Part shown: positions 40,759 through 51,106 of the stretch, piece after piece
Position numbering within the stretch: position 1 is the stretch's first letter
Layout: every line of letters begins with the position of its first letter
From: Polyangiaceae bacterium
GTDB lineage: Bacteria; Myxococcota_A; Polyangia; Polyangiales; Polyangiaceae
NCBI GenBank assembly: GCA_035063585.1
Contig: JAPSGB010000011.1
Span: forward strand, 32,001 to 96,000
Reading direction: 5' to 3'
Length of the DNA stretch: 64,000 nt
Notes under the pieces: generated by a model
Database searches by the model: none
What the model was told of the DNA's origin: nothing
What the model saw: only the letters and a program-made list of their open reading frames with translations
Made by a program: the position numbers and the translations under genes

Positions 40759-42583
40759 CGGGGTGGCCGGCGAGGACGGCTCGAGCCCAATCGCGCGGTC
40801 GAGCTCGGCCGCGCGACCGCGCGGCGTGGAGCTCGACGGCATCGCGGGTTCGGCAGGCGTGGCCGTCGGTCGCGCGGTGGTCATCGACGCCCCCGAGTCG
40901 TCGGTGGTGCGCCGTCGCATCACCGAGCAGCAGGGCGAGGAAGAGCTCGAGCGATTTCAGCGCGCGGTGACGAGCGCGAGCCGGGCGCTGCGCGAGGTGG
41001 CCGAGCGGATCCGCGAGAGCGCTACTCGGGCCGAGTCGTCGATCGTCGAGGCGTACATCCTGATGCTCGAGGACGAGACCCTGCGCGACGCGGTCGAGCG
41101 CCGCATCTTGGGCGAGTGCCAGTGCGTCGAGTGGGCGGTCGACGGCGCGGTGCGCGCGATGGCCGAGCAACTCCGCGCCGCGCACGATCCTTACCTCGCC
41201 GAGCGGAGCCACGATTTCGAGTTCATCGGCGATCGCATCCTGCGCCAGCTCGGCGGCCGCCAGCGGACGCTCTCGCTCGTGGATCTCGAAGAGCCCGGCA
41301 TCCTGGTCGCCCACGATCTCTCGCCGGCCGAGACCGCGGGGCTCCATCGCGAGCGAGTCGCGGCGATGGTGATGGAGGTCGGCACGCGGACCAGCCATAC
41401 GGCGATCCTCGCTCGCGCGCTCGAGATCCCGGCGGTGGTCGGGGTGAGGGAGCTGCTCACCCAGGTGGCGACCGGTGATCGCCTGCTCGTGGATGCGCTC
41501 CGGGGGCGCGTGATCGTCGAGCCGACCGACGAGCAGATCGCCGCCGCGACCGCGCGCGCCGAACGCTACCGCGCCGTCGCCGAGCGCTCCCGCGTGCTCC
41601 AGCGTCCCGCCGCGACGCGCTGCGGGGTGAGGGTCGCGCTCCGCGGGAACGTGGAGCTGCCCGCCGAGGCCGGCATCGCCTCCGCGCTCGGGGCAGAGGG
41701 GATCGGGCTTTATCGTACCGAATTCCTCTACGTCGATCGCGCCGAGCCGCCCGACGAGGAGGCGCAGTTCGAGACCTACCGGCGGGTCCTGCAGGTCATG
41801 TCGCCCATGCCGGTGACGCTCCGCACGTTCGACATCGGCGGGGACAAGTACGTCTCGGCCTTCCAGGCCCCGGCCGAGATGAACCCGGCGCTCGGCCTGC
41901 GGGCCGTGCGGCTCGGGCTCGCGCGTCCCGAGCTCTTCCTCACCCAGCTCCGCGCCATGGTGCGTGCGTCGGCCTATGGCTCCCTCGCGATCATGGTCCC
42001 CATGATCGCGAGCGTACGCGAGCTGCGCGAGGTGCGGAGTCTGCTCGAGCGGGCCCGTCGCGAGGTGGACGCGGCTGGGCACCCGAGCGCGCGGGAGATC
42101 CCGCTGGGCGTCATGATCGAGGTCCCCTCGGCGGCGGTGATGGCTGCGGAGCTCGCGCGGGAAGCCGCCTTCATGAGCATCGGCACCAACGATCTGGTCC
42201 AGTACGCCCTCGCGGTGGATCGGACCAGCCGCGAGCTCGCGTACCTGGCGACGCCGTTCGATCCGGCGATTTTGCGGCTCATCCACGGGGTCGTCGCGGC
42301 GGGGCGGCTCCACGACCGACCCGTCTCGGTGTGCGGCGCGATGGCGAGCGATCCGCTGGCGGCCGTGCTCTTGGTCGGGATGGGGCTGCGAGAGCTCAGC
42401 ATGGAGGCGTCGGCCATCCCCGGCATCAAGGAGGCCCTCGGCCGGGTGACGCTGGCCGAGGCCGAGGCCGTCGTCGCCGCGGCACGCGCGCTCGTCACGG
42501 CGGAGGAGATCGAGGCGCTCGTCATCGAGCGGCTCGGGCCGCTCCTGTCCGATCTGCTCGAGCTCGACGCCGCCGGCTCCTGA
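40751..42583 (+). CDS. ptsI: PEP-protein phosphotransferase (enzyme I, no GAF domain)
   Basis: TSHTAILAR, GIGLYRTEF, RTFDIGGDK, NPALGLR, SIGTNDLVQY, VCG. Confidence 0.93.
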   Translation: MSSGVAGEDGSSPIARSSSAARPRGVELDGIAGSAGVAVGRAVVIDAPESSVVRRRITEQQGEEELERFQRAVTSASRALREVAERIRESATRAESSIVEAYILMLEDETLRDAVERRILGECQCVEWAVDGAVRAMAEQLRAAHDPYLAERSHDFEFIGDRILRQLGGRQRTLSLVDLEEPGILVAHDLSPAETAGLHRERVAAMVMEVGTRTSHTAILARALEIPAVVGVRELLTQVATGDRLLVDALRGRVIVEPTDEQIAAATARAERYRAVAERSRVLQRPAATRCGVRVALRGNVELPAEAGIASALGAEGIGLYRTEFLYVDRAEPPDEEAQFETYRRVLQVMSPMPVTLRTFDIGGDKYVSAFQAPAEMNPALGLRAVRLGLARPELFLTQLRAMVRASAYGSLAIMVPMIASVRELREVRSLLERARREVDAAGHPSAREIPLGVMIEVPSAAVMAAELAREAAFMSIGTNDLVQYALAVDRTSRELAYLATPFDPAILRLIHGVVAAGRLHDRPVSVCGAMASDPLAAVLLVGMGLRELSMEASAIPGIKEALGRVTLAEAEAVVAAARALVTAEEIEALVIERLGPLLSDLLELDAAGS

Positions 42584-42643
42584 GCGCGGCGCGCGCCCCG
42601 GGAGCGCGCTCCGCCCTTTACCGGACGCCGCGTCTCGCGCTAG

Positions 42644-44869
42644 ATGAAGCGGAGCATGTTCCGGCGCATCGTCGCGGCCGTGGTGCCCGCCTTGGCGGTG
42701 GCCGCATCGATCCTGGGGCTCCCGGGCTGCCCCGAGGCGCCGCCCGCCGATCCGCGCCTGCGCGGACAGGTGAAGCTCACGCTCCTCCACACCGCGGACA
42801 TGCACTCGCGGCTCCTGCCGTACCAGATGCTCATTTCGCAGTCCGACGCCGCGCTCGGCCTCGGCGCGGCGGGCTCGATCGCCACGGTGGGCGGCGCGGC
42901 GCGCGTCGCTTACGTGCTCGACCGCGAGCGGGCGCGGGCGGACCGCGTGCTCCACATCGACGGCGGAGACTGCTTCCAGGGCGCGCCGATCTTCAACTTC
43001 TTCAGCGGCGAGGCGGAGGTCCGCGCGATGAGCTTGATGGGGACGGACGCTCAGGTCATCGCCAACCACGAGTTCGATCAGGGCGCGCTGAACGTCCGCA
43101 TCCAGGATCAGAAGTGGGCGACCTTCCCCGTCCTCGCGGCCAACTACAAGCTCGAGGACGGCGCGGTGCTCGGCCAGCCCGGGCTCGACACCGTGCTCCG
43201 GCCCTTCACCATCATCAACACCCGCGGGCTCAAGGTCGGCGTCATCGGTATGGCCAACCTCTCGAGCCTCACCTCGCTCTTCGAGCGGCCGAGCCGGCTC
43301 GGGGTGACCCCGCTCGACACCATCGACACCGCGCAGGCGTACACCGACCTGCTTCGCCCGCTGGTCGATCTGGTGGTCGTGGTCAGCCACCTCGGGCTCT
43401 CCGCCGACGAGGCGATGATCGCCGGGACGACCGGGATCGACGTGGTCCTCGGCGGCCACAACCACATCGTCTTGCAGCCGCCGAAGGAGGTGAGCGACTG
43501 CGCGCTCACCGACGACGAGGGGCGCCACTACATCGCGCTCCGCGACGCGGACGGCCGCCCGTCGCGCCGCTACTGCCAGCCGCGCCCGGCGATTCTCGCG
43601 CACTCGGGCGCGTTCGCGAAGTACGTCGGGCGCCTCGACGTGGTGGCGAGCAACGACCCGGCGGATCTCCCGCCGCGCTGCGCCTCGGGCAGCAGCGGGC
43701 GCTGCTACGACCCGCTCGACGGCTTCGAGATCATCGGCCACTCCTACCAGCTCTTTCCGATCACCGAGGACGTCCCCGAGGACCGCGCGCTCACCGAGCT
43801 CCTCGAGCCGTACGTCAACCAGATGGATCAGCTCGTCGATCTCGATCTCGTGGTCGGCTACGCGCCGGACGGCTCGCGCCGCTTCGGAACCTCGGGCGGA
43901 GACTCCCCGCTCGGCAACATGATCGCGACCGCCATGCGACAGCGGCTCGGAGTGCAGACGGACTTCTCGCTCACCAACACGACGGGTATCCGCACCGACA
44001 TGGTGCCGGGGCCGGTCACCATCGAGGAGGCGTTCAACATCTTCCCGTTCGACAACTCGATCTCGAAGATGCAGCTCTCGGGCGACGAGGTCCTCCAGAT
44101 GTTCGACTTCGTCGCGCGGCGCTCGGCCGGGCGCGGCTGCGTGAGCCAGGTGCAAATCGCCGGCGCGCGGGTGGTCCTGAACTGCGCCGGCTGCGCGCGC
44201 GCGAATGGCGAGCCTTGCGCCGAGCACGTCTACATCGGCACCACGAGCCACCCCTGCAGCTCGGATGCCGACTGCGCGAACCAGCGGAACGCATGCGATC
44301 TCGGCGCTCGCGACGCCAGCGGCCAGGGGCGCTGCCTCGCGGAGATCAGCCCGACTGCGTCTTATGAGCTCGCCACCAGCAATTACCTCGCCGGCGGCGG
44401 CAGCGGCTTCACCATGCTGAAGCGCAACACCACCCAGTTCGACACCCGCATCCAGCAGCGCGACGCCCTGGTCGACTGGATCCGCGCCGGTAAGCCCTGC
44501 GGCTGGTCGGCGGAGACGAAGACGCCCGACGGCCTGACCGCGTGCAGCACCGACGCCGACTGCGCCCGGGTGGGGACGGGCTACGCCTGCGCCTGCGCGC
44601 AAAATGCGAGCGAAGACGCCTCGGGCGCGTGCCGCTCCGGCAAGAGCTGCGAAGGTGGCGGGCGCTGCGTGCTCGCCGCCTGCCGGCAAGACGTCGCAGA
44701 CTTCCATCGCCGGCGCTGCGCCGATCCGAGGAGCGCCAAGAACCTCGCCGCGTGCACCACGCGCGCGCCCGCGTGCGAGCTCGGCGGCGAGCAGTGCAAG
44801 TACCTCGCCTGCGTCGGCCGCGACGCCGGCAATTTCTCGGACGATCGCATCCTGACGGTGGGGCAGTGA
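42644..44869 (+). CDS. Secreted 5'-nucleotidase/metallophosphoesterase with Cys-rich insertions
   Basis: HTADMHS, DGGD, NHEFD, SHLG, GGHNH; C-domain GDSPLGN, GIR, FPFDN, YLAGGGSGF. Confidence 0.9.
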   Translation: MKRSMFRRIVAAVVPALAVAASILGLPGCPEAPPADPRLRGQVKLTLLHTADMHSRLLPYQMLISQSDAALGLGAAGSIATVGGAARVAYVLDRERARADRVLHIDGGDCFQGAPIFNFFSGEAEVRAMSLMGTDAQVIANHEFDQGALNVRIQDQKWATFPVLAANYKLEDGAVLGQPGLDTVLRPFTIINTRGLKVGVIGMANLSSLTSLFERPSRLGVTPLDTIDTAQAYTDLLRPLVDLVVVVSHLGLSADEAMIAGTTGIDVVLGGHNHIVLQPPKEVSDCALTDDEGRHYIALRDADGRPSRRYCQPRPAILAHSGAFAKYVGRLDVVASNDPADLPPRCASGSSGRCYDPLDGFEIIGHSYQLFPITEDVPEDRALTELLEPYVNQMDQLVDLDLVVGYAPDGSRRFGTSGGDSPLGNMIATAMRQRLGVQTDFSLTNTTGIRTDMVPGPVTIEEAFNIFPFDNSISKMQLSGDEVLQMFDFVARRSAGRGCVSQVQIAGARVVLNCAGCARANGEPCAEHVYIGTTSHPCSSDADCANQRNACDLGARDASGQGRCLAEISPTASYELATSNYLAGGGSGFTMLKRNTTQFDTRIQQRDALVDWIRAGKPCGWSAETKTPDGLTACSTDADCARVGTGYACACAQNASEDASGACRSGKSCEGGGRCVLAACRQDVADFHRRRCADPRSAKNLAACTTRAPACELGGEQCKYLACVGRDAGNFSDDRILTVGQ

Positions 44870-46362
44870 GGCGCGGAACCTCGCGGTCCGCCCGCGCGCT
44901 CGCGTCGCTCGGCGCGCTCGGCGCGCTCGGCGCGGGCTGTACGGTCGACATCGCGCAGCCCGAGCGCGTCGAGCGGATGGGCGTGACGGTGGCGCTCGCC
45001 GACGGCACGCCGCTGCCCGGGCCGGGCGATGCGCCGCTGCCCATCCCACCGGACGGCACGGTCGAGCTCGTCGTCGATCTCCGGGCGCTCCGCGCGGACG
45101 GCGCGGTCGACGCGACCTTCTCGGGCTTCGTGCGGCTCGACGTCGAGCCCGGCACCGTGATCCGCGTGCGGGGAGAGGGCGCGGAGGGCCGAAACGCGCT
45201 GCTCGCGGGCGGCGTCGCCGAGGGGGTGCGCGTGCTCCTCGGCAACGTGCGCGGCCCGACGCGCGTCTGGGCGGAGGACATCGGCTACGTCCCGACCGAT
45301 CCGTTCCTGCCGCCGGCCTGCGCGGACGGCCTCGACAATGACGGCGACGGCCTCGCCGACTACCCGGTCGATCCCGGCTGCGCCTTCGCCAACGATGACA
45401 CCGAGACGGTCGGCAATTTCGCGGCGGGGGTCTCGGCGCCGGTGCGCTTCGCGCTTCCGCGCCTGGCCGACCTGCAAGGCCTGGGGGCGAGCACACCGTA
45501 CTCGCAGGAGGCGGTCACGGTGATGACGGAGGACCCCGCCGTCGTCATCGTGACCCGGGTCGCCTCGGACGGCTTCTACGCGACCGACGTGACCGAGACG
45601 CGCGGCTTCGGCCACGTGTTCGCGTTCAACTTCAGCACGCCGGGCGGAGTGCGAGTCTGCGATCGGGTCACCTCGCTGTCGGGCACCGCGGCGGATTTCT
45701 TCGGCTTCACCGAGCTCTCGTTCCCATCGTACGACGTGCATGCGTGGGTGTTCCCCGACGCGCGCGGAGCGCACGACGGGCCGTGCCGCGTCCCCGAGCC
45801 GTGGCTCATCGACGCCGCCGGGATCGCCGACGCGACCGCGATGGAGAGCCACGAGTCCGGGCTCGTGCGCGTCGAGTCGGTGACGGTCGGGAAGCATTTC
45901 GGTCCTGAGCTCGCGAAGAACAACAGCTTCGGGCCGACCCGCTCGAACTGCGATTTCGACGGTTCGGGGTCGATCGACTTCACGCCGAACAGCCCGGAGG
46001 GCTCGTGCGTGAACGCCTGCGGCGCGGACGCCGAGTGCTCCGAGTGGTCCCAGTACGTCGGACGCGGAAACTTCCTCGTGCGCCTGCCGACCGGGCAGCC
46101 CATCCAGCTGAACACCGGCACCATCTCCGGGTTCGAGCCGCCGCGCGCGCGCGGCAAGGCGCTCGCGTTCGTGACCGGGACGCTCCGGAACTTCAGCGGC
46201 GGCAAGCTCAACTGGACGATCGAGCCCCGCTGCCCGGACGATCTCGTCTGCGACGATCCCTCCCAGCCCGCGTGCGATCCCGAGCGAAACGCGCCCGTGA
46301 GCTCCGGCACCGCCTGTGTCTCCCGAAGGACCACCGATGATCCGAATGAAGCCACGAACTAG
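44866..46362 (+). CDS. Cys-rich lipoprotein with OB-fold-like domains and DGLDNDGDGLAD calcium-binding motif
   Basis: GTGA overlap, lipobox GAGC, DGFYATD..FNF..VCDRV..LSG..FFGFTEL. Confidence 0.75.
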   Translation: MRRGTSRSARALASLGALGALGAGCTVDIAQPERVERMGVTVALADGTPLPGPGDAPLPIPPDGTVELVVDLRALRADGAVDATFSGFVRLDVEPGTVIRVRGEGAEGRNALLAGGVAEGVRVLLGNVRGPTRVWAEDIGYVPTDPFLPPACADGLDNDGDGLADYPVDPGCAFANDDTETVGNFAAGVSAPVRFALPRLADLQGLGASTPYSQEAVTVMTEDPAVVIVTRVASDGFYATDVTETRGFGHVFAFNFSTPGGVRVCDRVTSLSGTAADFFGFTELSFPSYDVHAWVFPDARGAHDGPCRVPEPWLIDAAGIADATAMESHESGLVRVESVTVGKHFGPELAKNNSFGPTRSNCDFDGSGSIDFTPNSPEGSCVNACGADAECSEWSQYVGRGNFLVRLPTGQPIQLNTGTISGFEPPRARGKALAFVTGTLRNFSGGKLNWTIEPRCPDDLVCDDPSQPACDPERNAPVSSGTACVSRRTTDDPNEATN

Positions 46363-48169
46363 CGCCTGCCTCCTCGGACTCGCCGCGCTCGCCACGCTCG
46401 CGCTCGCCACGCGGCCCGGCGCCGCGCAGCCGGCGCCCGACGCTCCGCCCGGCGCGCCGGGCGCGCCGCCGGTCGAACCCGCGCCCGCCGCGCCGCCGCC
46501 GGCCGAGTCCGCGCCCGCCGCGCCTGCAGCGCCACCGCCGGCCGAGCCCACGCCGCCCGCTGCACCCGCGCCGCGGGCGCCCGCCGAGCCGCCGCCGACT
46601 CCGAGCACGACGGTCACCGCCGCGGCCGGGCCCTCCGCGCCGCCGCGCGCCCACAGCGACTTCATGGACACCCGGCTCACCTGGACGTTCGGTGACGACG
46701 ACTTCGTCCATCGAACCGGCGACGCGCTGCCGCTCTCGGCGAACGCGAGCGTGGGCGATCGCCCGCAGTATCGCCTCTTCTTCGACAACCTGAACTCGCG
46801 CTTCAGCGGTCGCGAGAACCTGACCCAGCTCGTCCTTTATAACCACCTGCCGGGCTACCTGCCGCGCCTCGACACCGAGGCGGCGCTCGTGCTCCGCGTC
46901 GATCTCTCCCAGCTCGCGAGCCAGTCGAACAACCTGAACGCCGCCTTCGAGGACGCCGGCACCTATATCCGCCTATTTTATCGCACCGCGGGCAGCGAGG
47001 CTTCGCCCGAGGGGCTCGGGGTCACCTTCTACCCGATCGACACCGATCGCTTCCGGCTCGGGTATCTCTATGACATCTCGTGGGGCGGCACCAACGCGCG
47101 GATCAACCAGTCGATCTTCCCGCGCCTGCAGGGGAGCGCGCCCGGGCTGAAGGCGCAGTACGACGGCAAGGGCTGGTACGTGTTCGCCGGCTTCAAGACC
47201 GCGAGCATCATCGAGGTGCAGCAGCGCCTGGTCGACGACGCGAGCGGGGAGGGCGCCGCGACCGACACCGTGCGCCTCGCCGAGACCAACTACGGCTTCC
47301 TCGGCGGCGCCGGCGTCGACCTGCTCGAGAACCTCCGCCTCGACGCCGGCGGCGGCTACTTCCAGCAGGGCCGCTTCGAGTACGCGGACGTCATGGGCAA
47401 GCGCGTGTTCACCTACGGCTACTCGGGCCGCGTGGTCGTTCATGATGGAATGCCGGTGCCTCGCTCGGTGGATTTCATGCTCTACCGCAATGACCCGAAC
47501 GCGAACCTCCAGCAGTTTTCCGCCGAGGAATACACGCCGGGCAAGCTCAGCTGGGCCGTCTCGCTCGAGGGCACCGAGCTCCGTCAGAACCTGAAGGACT
47601 TCGACGCGGCCGGCAAGACGGCCATCCAGCCCGCGCGCGCCGCCGCCGCTCAGGCGAACCTGAAGCTTGGCTATCTGCGCGCCACGGTGAGCGCCATCTA
47701 TCGGGATTTGCCGTTCGTGCTCCGCAATCAGCCGAGCTTCATCCCGTTCGAGACGCTCCCGAATGACGCCAAGACGGAAGACGAGATGTTCTTCGCCGCC
47801 GCGGCGGACTACTACATCGACTCGCTCCGCCTCACCCCCGGCATCGGCGCGGGCCTGCAGATGCCGGCGACCTTCCGCAGCGAGTCGGTCGACGCCTTCG
47901 GCAACGACACGAGCCGGACCATCGTCGTGCGGCAGCAGGGCGACCTCGCGTTCCTCCCGGCGGGCTATGATCGGGTCCCCATCGTGCAGGCGCGCGCGAG
48001 CGTGAAATGGGACATCTCGCCGATGCTCGCGGCGGTCGTGTGGGGGCAGTATCGCCGCGACAACAACGCGACGCGCCTCGAGCTCGACCCGACCGGGACC
48101 GTGCTCCTCCGCCGCTTCCTCGGCCCGGACTTCATCGGCGCCGGGATCTCGGCGCAAGCGCGCTTCTAG
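46346..48169 (+). CDS. Outer-membrane beta-barrel protein with Pro-rich N-terminus
   Basis: Signal peptide, Pro/Ala linker, amphipathic strands, C-terminal QARF. Confidence 0.75.
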   Translation: MKPRTSACLLGLAALATLALATRPGAAQPAPDAPPGAPGAPPVEPAPAAPPPAESAPAAPAAPPPAEPTPPAAPAPRAPAEPPPTPSTTVTAAAGPSAPPRAHSDFMDTRLTWTFGDDDFVHRTGDALPLSANASVGDRPQYRLFFDNLNSRFSGRENLTQLVLYNHLPGYLPRLDTEAALVLRVDLSQLASQSNNLNAAFEDAGTYIRLFYRTAGSEASPEGLGVTFYPIDTDRFRLGYLYDISWGGTNARINQSIFPRLQGSAPGLKAQYDGKGWYVFAGFKTASIIEVQQRLVDDASGEGAATDTVRLAETNYGFLGGAGVDLLENLRLDAGGGYFQQGRFEYADVMGKRVFTYGYSGRVVVHDGMPVPRSVDFMLYRNDPNANLQQFSAEEYTPGKLSWAVSLEGTELRQNLKDFDAAGKTAIQPARAAAAQANLKLGYLRATVSAIYRDLPFVLRNQPSFIPFETLPNDAKTEDEMFFAAAADYYIDSLRLTPGIGAGLQMPATFRSESVDAFGNDTSRTIVVRQQGDLAFLPAGYDRVPIVQARASVKWDISPMLAAVVWGQYRRDNNATRLELDPTGTVLLRRFLGPDFIGAGISAQARF

Positions 48170-48310
48170 CGCGAGCGCCCGCCCGGCCCGCCGGCTCCAG
48201 GAGCGGGGTGGGGGGGGGCCGGTTCGGCGCGGCCGGCGTCGGGCTCCCCCGTCCGGTGAGCGTGAACCGCGACTGAGGCTACGTTCAGTGGGCGCGCGGT
48301 CACCGAGCGG

Positions 48311-48338
48311 TTGACCGGAGGCCGGCGGTGCGTATACT
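48311..48338 (+). promoter_or_regulatory. Sigma70-type promoter for rpsO
   Basis: TTGACC-N16-TATACT. Confidence 0.65.
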
Positions 48339-48362
48339 CCGCGGACTTTTCAGGAAAAGACC

Positions 48363-48632
48363 ATGCCGCTACTCCCCGAAGCGAAACAAGAGGTCATCAC
48401 GACCTACAAGCTCCACGACTCGGACACGGGCTCGCCGGAAGTGCAGATCGCGCTGCTTTCGAGCCGGATCCAGTACCTCACCGGGCACTTCAAGACGCAC
48501 AAGAAGGACCACCACTCGCGGCGCGGGCTGCTCAAGATGGTAGGCCGTCGTCGCCGGCTCCTCGACTACCTCAAGCGGTCGGATGTCGAGCGATATCGCA
48601 AGATCGTCACCTCACTGAACCTCCGCAAGTAG
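48363..48632 (+). CDS. rpsO: 30S ribosomal protein S15
   Basis: [37 protein letters not shown]. Confidence 0.99.
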   Translation: MPLLPEAKQEVITTYKLHDSDTGSPEVQIALLSSRIQYLTGHFKTHKKDHHSRRGLLKMVGRRRRLLDYLKRSDVERYRKIVTSLNLRK

Positions 48633-48801
48633 TCGTCTCGGCTCGATCATCCCATCCGGCCCGAGGGGCCTCTTCGCTTCGACTTCGCTTCGCGCCCGTG
48701 ACCTTCCGGGTCGCGCGCGGGAACCGAGGCTGAAGCGGGATCTCTCATGGCCGGCGTCAGCCGCACGCAGCGGCCCTGTGCGCCAAGGGGGCGCTTCAGC
48801 A

Positions 48802-51039
48802 ATGTTCGTACGTGAATCCGTAATGGTGGGCGGCCGTCCGCTCACCCTCGAGACTGGCCGTCTGGCCAAGCAGGCGCACGGCGCCGTCCTCATCACCTTC
48901 GGCGAGAGCGTGGTGCTCGTCACCGCGGTCTCGACCGACGAGCGGCCCGGGCTCGATTTCTTCCCGCTCACCTGCGAGTACCAGGAGAAGACGTACTCCG
49001 CGGGCAAGATCCCGGGCGGCTTCTTCAAGCGCGAGGGGCGCCTCCGGGACTACGAGGTGCTCACCTCGCGCATCATGGATCGGCCGCTCCGTCCGCTCTT
49101 CCCCGAGGGGTACAAGAAGGACACGCAGGTCATCGCGACCGTCCTCAGCGCCGACAAGATGAACCCGACCGACGTGCTCGCGCTCACCGCCGCGAGCGCC
49201 GCGGTCCACATCTCGGACATCCCCTGGGACGGCCCCATCTGCGGGATCCGGGTGGCCCGGGTGGACGGCGAGCTCATCTCCTACCCGACCTTCGAGCAGA
49301 GCGAGCGGGCCGACATCGATCTGGTGGTCGCGGTCAGCAAGTCCGCCATCGTGATGGTCGAGGGCGGCGCCGCGGAGGCGAGCGAGGCGGAGATCATCGA
49401 CGCGCTGATGTTCGCGCACCAGACCGGGCAGGTGATCATCGAGCTCATCGAGAAGCTCCGCGCCGCGGTGGGCAAGCCGAAGCGCGAGTTCTCGGTCACC
49501 AAGCTCGACCCGGCCATCGCGGCGCGAGTGGCCGCGCTGGTGGACGCGAAGCTCCGCCAGGCCTGCGTCGTCAAGGACAAGAAGGAGCGCTACGACGGCT
49601 ACTCGGCCCTGAAGAAGGAGCTCGTCGCGACGCTCTCCGCCGAGCTCGGCGAGGCGAAGTGGGCCGAGGTCGAGAAGCTCGTGAAGGGCGAGTTCGAGGA
49701 GCGGAAGTACCACGTCGTCCGCGCCATGGTGCTCGACGAGCGCCGGCGCATCGACGGCCGCGACGAGAAGACGATTCGGCCGATCTCCTGCGAGGTCGGG
49801 CTCCTGCCGCGCACCCACGGCTCGGCGCTCTTCCAGCGCGGCGAGACGCAGGCCATCGTCACCTCCACGCTCGGCACCGCGAGCGACGAGCAGAAGATCG
49901 ACGCGCTCACCGGCGAGAGCTGGAAGCGCTTCATGCTCCACTATAACTTCCCGCCCTTCTCCACCGGCGAGACCAAGCCGCTCCGCGGCCCGGGTCGGCG
50001 CGAGGTCGGCCACGGCGCGCTCGCCGAGCGCGCCATCGTGCGGATGCTGCCCGAGCGCGAGAAGTTCCCGTACACCGTCCGCATCGTGAGCGAGATCCTC
50101 GAGTCGAACGGCTCGAGCTCGATGGCGAGCGTGTGCGGCGGCACCCTCAGCCTCATGGACTGCGGGGTGCCGATCAAGCGCCCGGTCGCCGGGATCGCGA
50201 TGGGGCTCATCTCCGAGGGCAGCAAGGTCGCCATCCTGAGTGACATCCTCGGCGATGAAGATCACCTCGGCGACATGGACTTCAAGGTGTGCGGCACCGA
50301 CAAGGGCATCACCGCCATCCAGATGGACATCAAGATCGCCGGGCTCGACCGCGCCATCCTCGAGCGCGCGCTCGACCAGGCGCGCGAGGGGCGGCTCCAC
50401 ATCCTCGGCAAGATGCTGGCCACGCTCCCCGAGCCGCGCAGCGAGATCAACCGCTGGGCGCCGCGCATCACCACCATCAAGGTGAAGCCGGATCAGATCC
50501 GCATCATCATCGGGCCCGGCGGCAAGACCATCAAGGGCATCACCGAGCAGACCGGCTGCAGCGTGGACGTCGAGGACGACGGCACGGTGGCGGTCGCGAG
50601 CAGCGACTCGGACGCGGTCCGGCGCGCGATCGACATCATCCAGGGCCTGGTCGCCGAGCCCGAGGTCGGCAAGGTCTACCGGGGCACCGTGCGCCGCGTG
50701 GTGGATTTCGGCGCGTTCGTCGAGATCCTGCCGGGCAACGAGGCGCTGCTTCACGTCTCCGAGATCGCGCACGAGCGCGTCGAGAACGTCTCGGACGTGC
50801 TCAAAGAGGGCGACGAGATCGACGTGAAGGTCATCAGCGTGGATCGCGAGGGCAAGACGCGGCTCACCCGCCGTGAGCTCCTGCCGTTCCCCGAGGGCAC
50901 CGAGGGCGAGCTCGCGCGCGAGCGCATCGCCAAGGCCCGCGAGGGCGGCCCGCCGCAGCGTAGCGGCGGCCGCGGCCGCGACGATCGCGGCCGGGGTGGG
51001 CACGGGGGCGGTCGCGGGGGCGGTCGCGGTCCGCGCTAG
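48802..51039 (+). CDS. pnp: Polyribonucleotide nucleotidyltransferase
   Basis: FFPLT, KIPGGFFKREG, HGSALFQRGETQ, SNGSSSMAS, GDMDFKV, KH and S1 domains, RGG tail. Confidence 0.99.
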   Translation: MFVRESVMVGGRPLTLETGRLAKQAHGAVLITFGESVVLVTAVSTDERPGLDFFPLTCEYQEKTYSAGKIPGGFFKREGRLRDYEVLTSRIMDRPLRPLFPEGYKKDTQVIATVLSADKMNPTDVLALTAASAAVHISDIPWDGPICGIRVARVDGELISYPTFEQSERADIDLVVAVSKSAIVMVEGGAAEASEAEIIDALMFAHQTGQVIIELIEKLRAAVGKPKREFSVTKLDPAIAARVAALVDAKLRQACVVKDKKERYDGYSALKKELVATLSAELGEAKWAEVEKLVKGEFEERKYHVVRAMVLDERRRIDGRDEKTIRPISCEVGLLPRTHGSALFQRGETQAIVTSTLGTASDEQKIDALTGESWKRFMLHYNFPPFSTGETKPLRGPGRREVGHGALAERAIVRMLPEREKFPYTVRIVSEILESNGSSSMASVCGGTLSLMDCGVPIKRPVAGIAMGLISEGSKVAILSDILGDEDHLGDMDFKVCGTDKGITAIQMDIKIAGLDRAILERALDQAREGRLHILGKMLATLPEPRSEINRWAPRITTIKVKPDQIRIIIGPGGKTIKGITEQTGCSVDVEDDGTVAVASSDSDAVRRAIDIIQGLVAEPEVGKVYRGTVRRVVDFGAFVEILPGNEALLHVSEIAHERVENVSDVLKEGDEIDVKVISVDREGKTRLTRRELLPFPEGTEGELARERIAKAREGGPPQRSGGRGRDDRGRGGHGGGRGGGRGPR

Positions 51040-51106
51040 CGCGGGCCCCGGGGGCCGCGCCGTCCTCCGTGGACGGCTCGGCCCGGCTTCGAGTACGGTT
51101 CGGCGC

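Noticed and set aside
40727..45496. 1589-aa minus-strand ORF, and similar long ORFs at 800-3922, 48796-51147, 59716-62040 and 33212-35575
   Set aside because: Antisense shadow frames of well-supported genes; stop codons are scarce at this GC content
46430..46650. Pro/Ala-rich quasi-repeats (also ~51180-51300 and GC runs at 18290-18320)
   Set aside because: Low-complexity linkers or GC runs, not regularly spaced repeats
48210..48218. G9 homopolymer as a phase-variable tract
   Set aside because: Intergenic and not within the predicted rpsO promoter spacer
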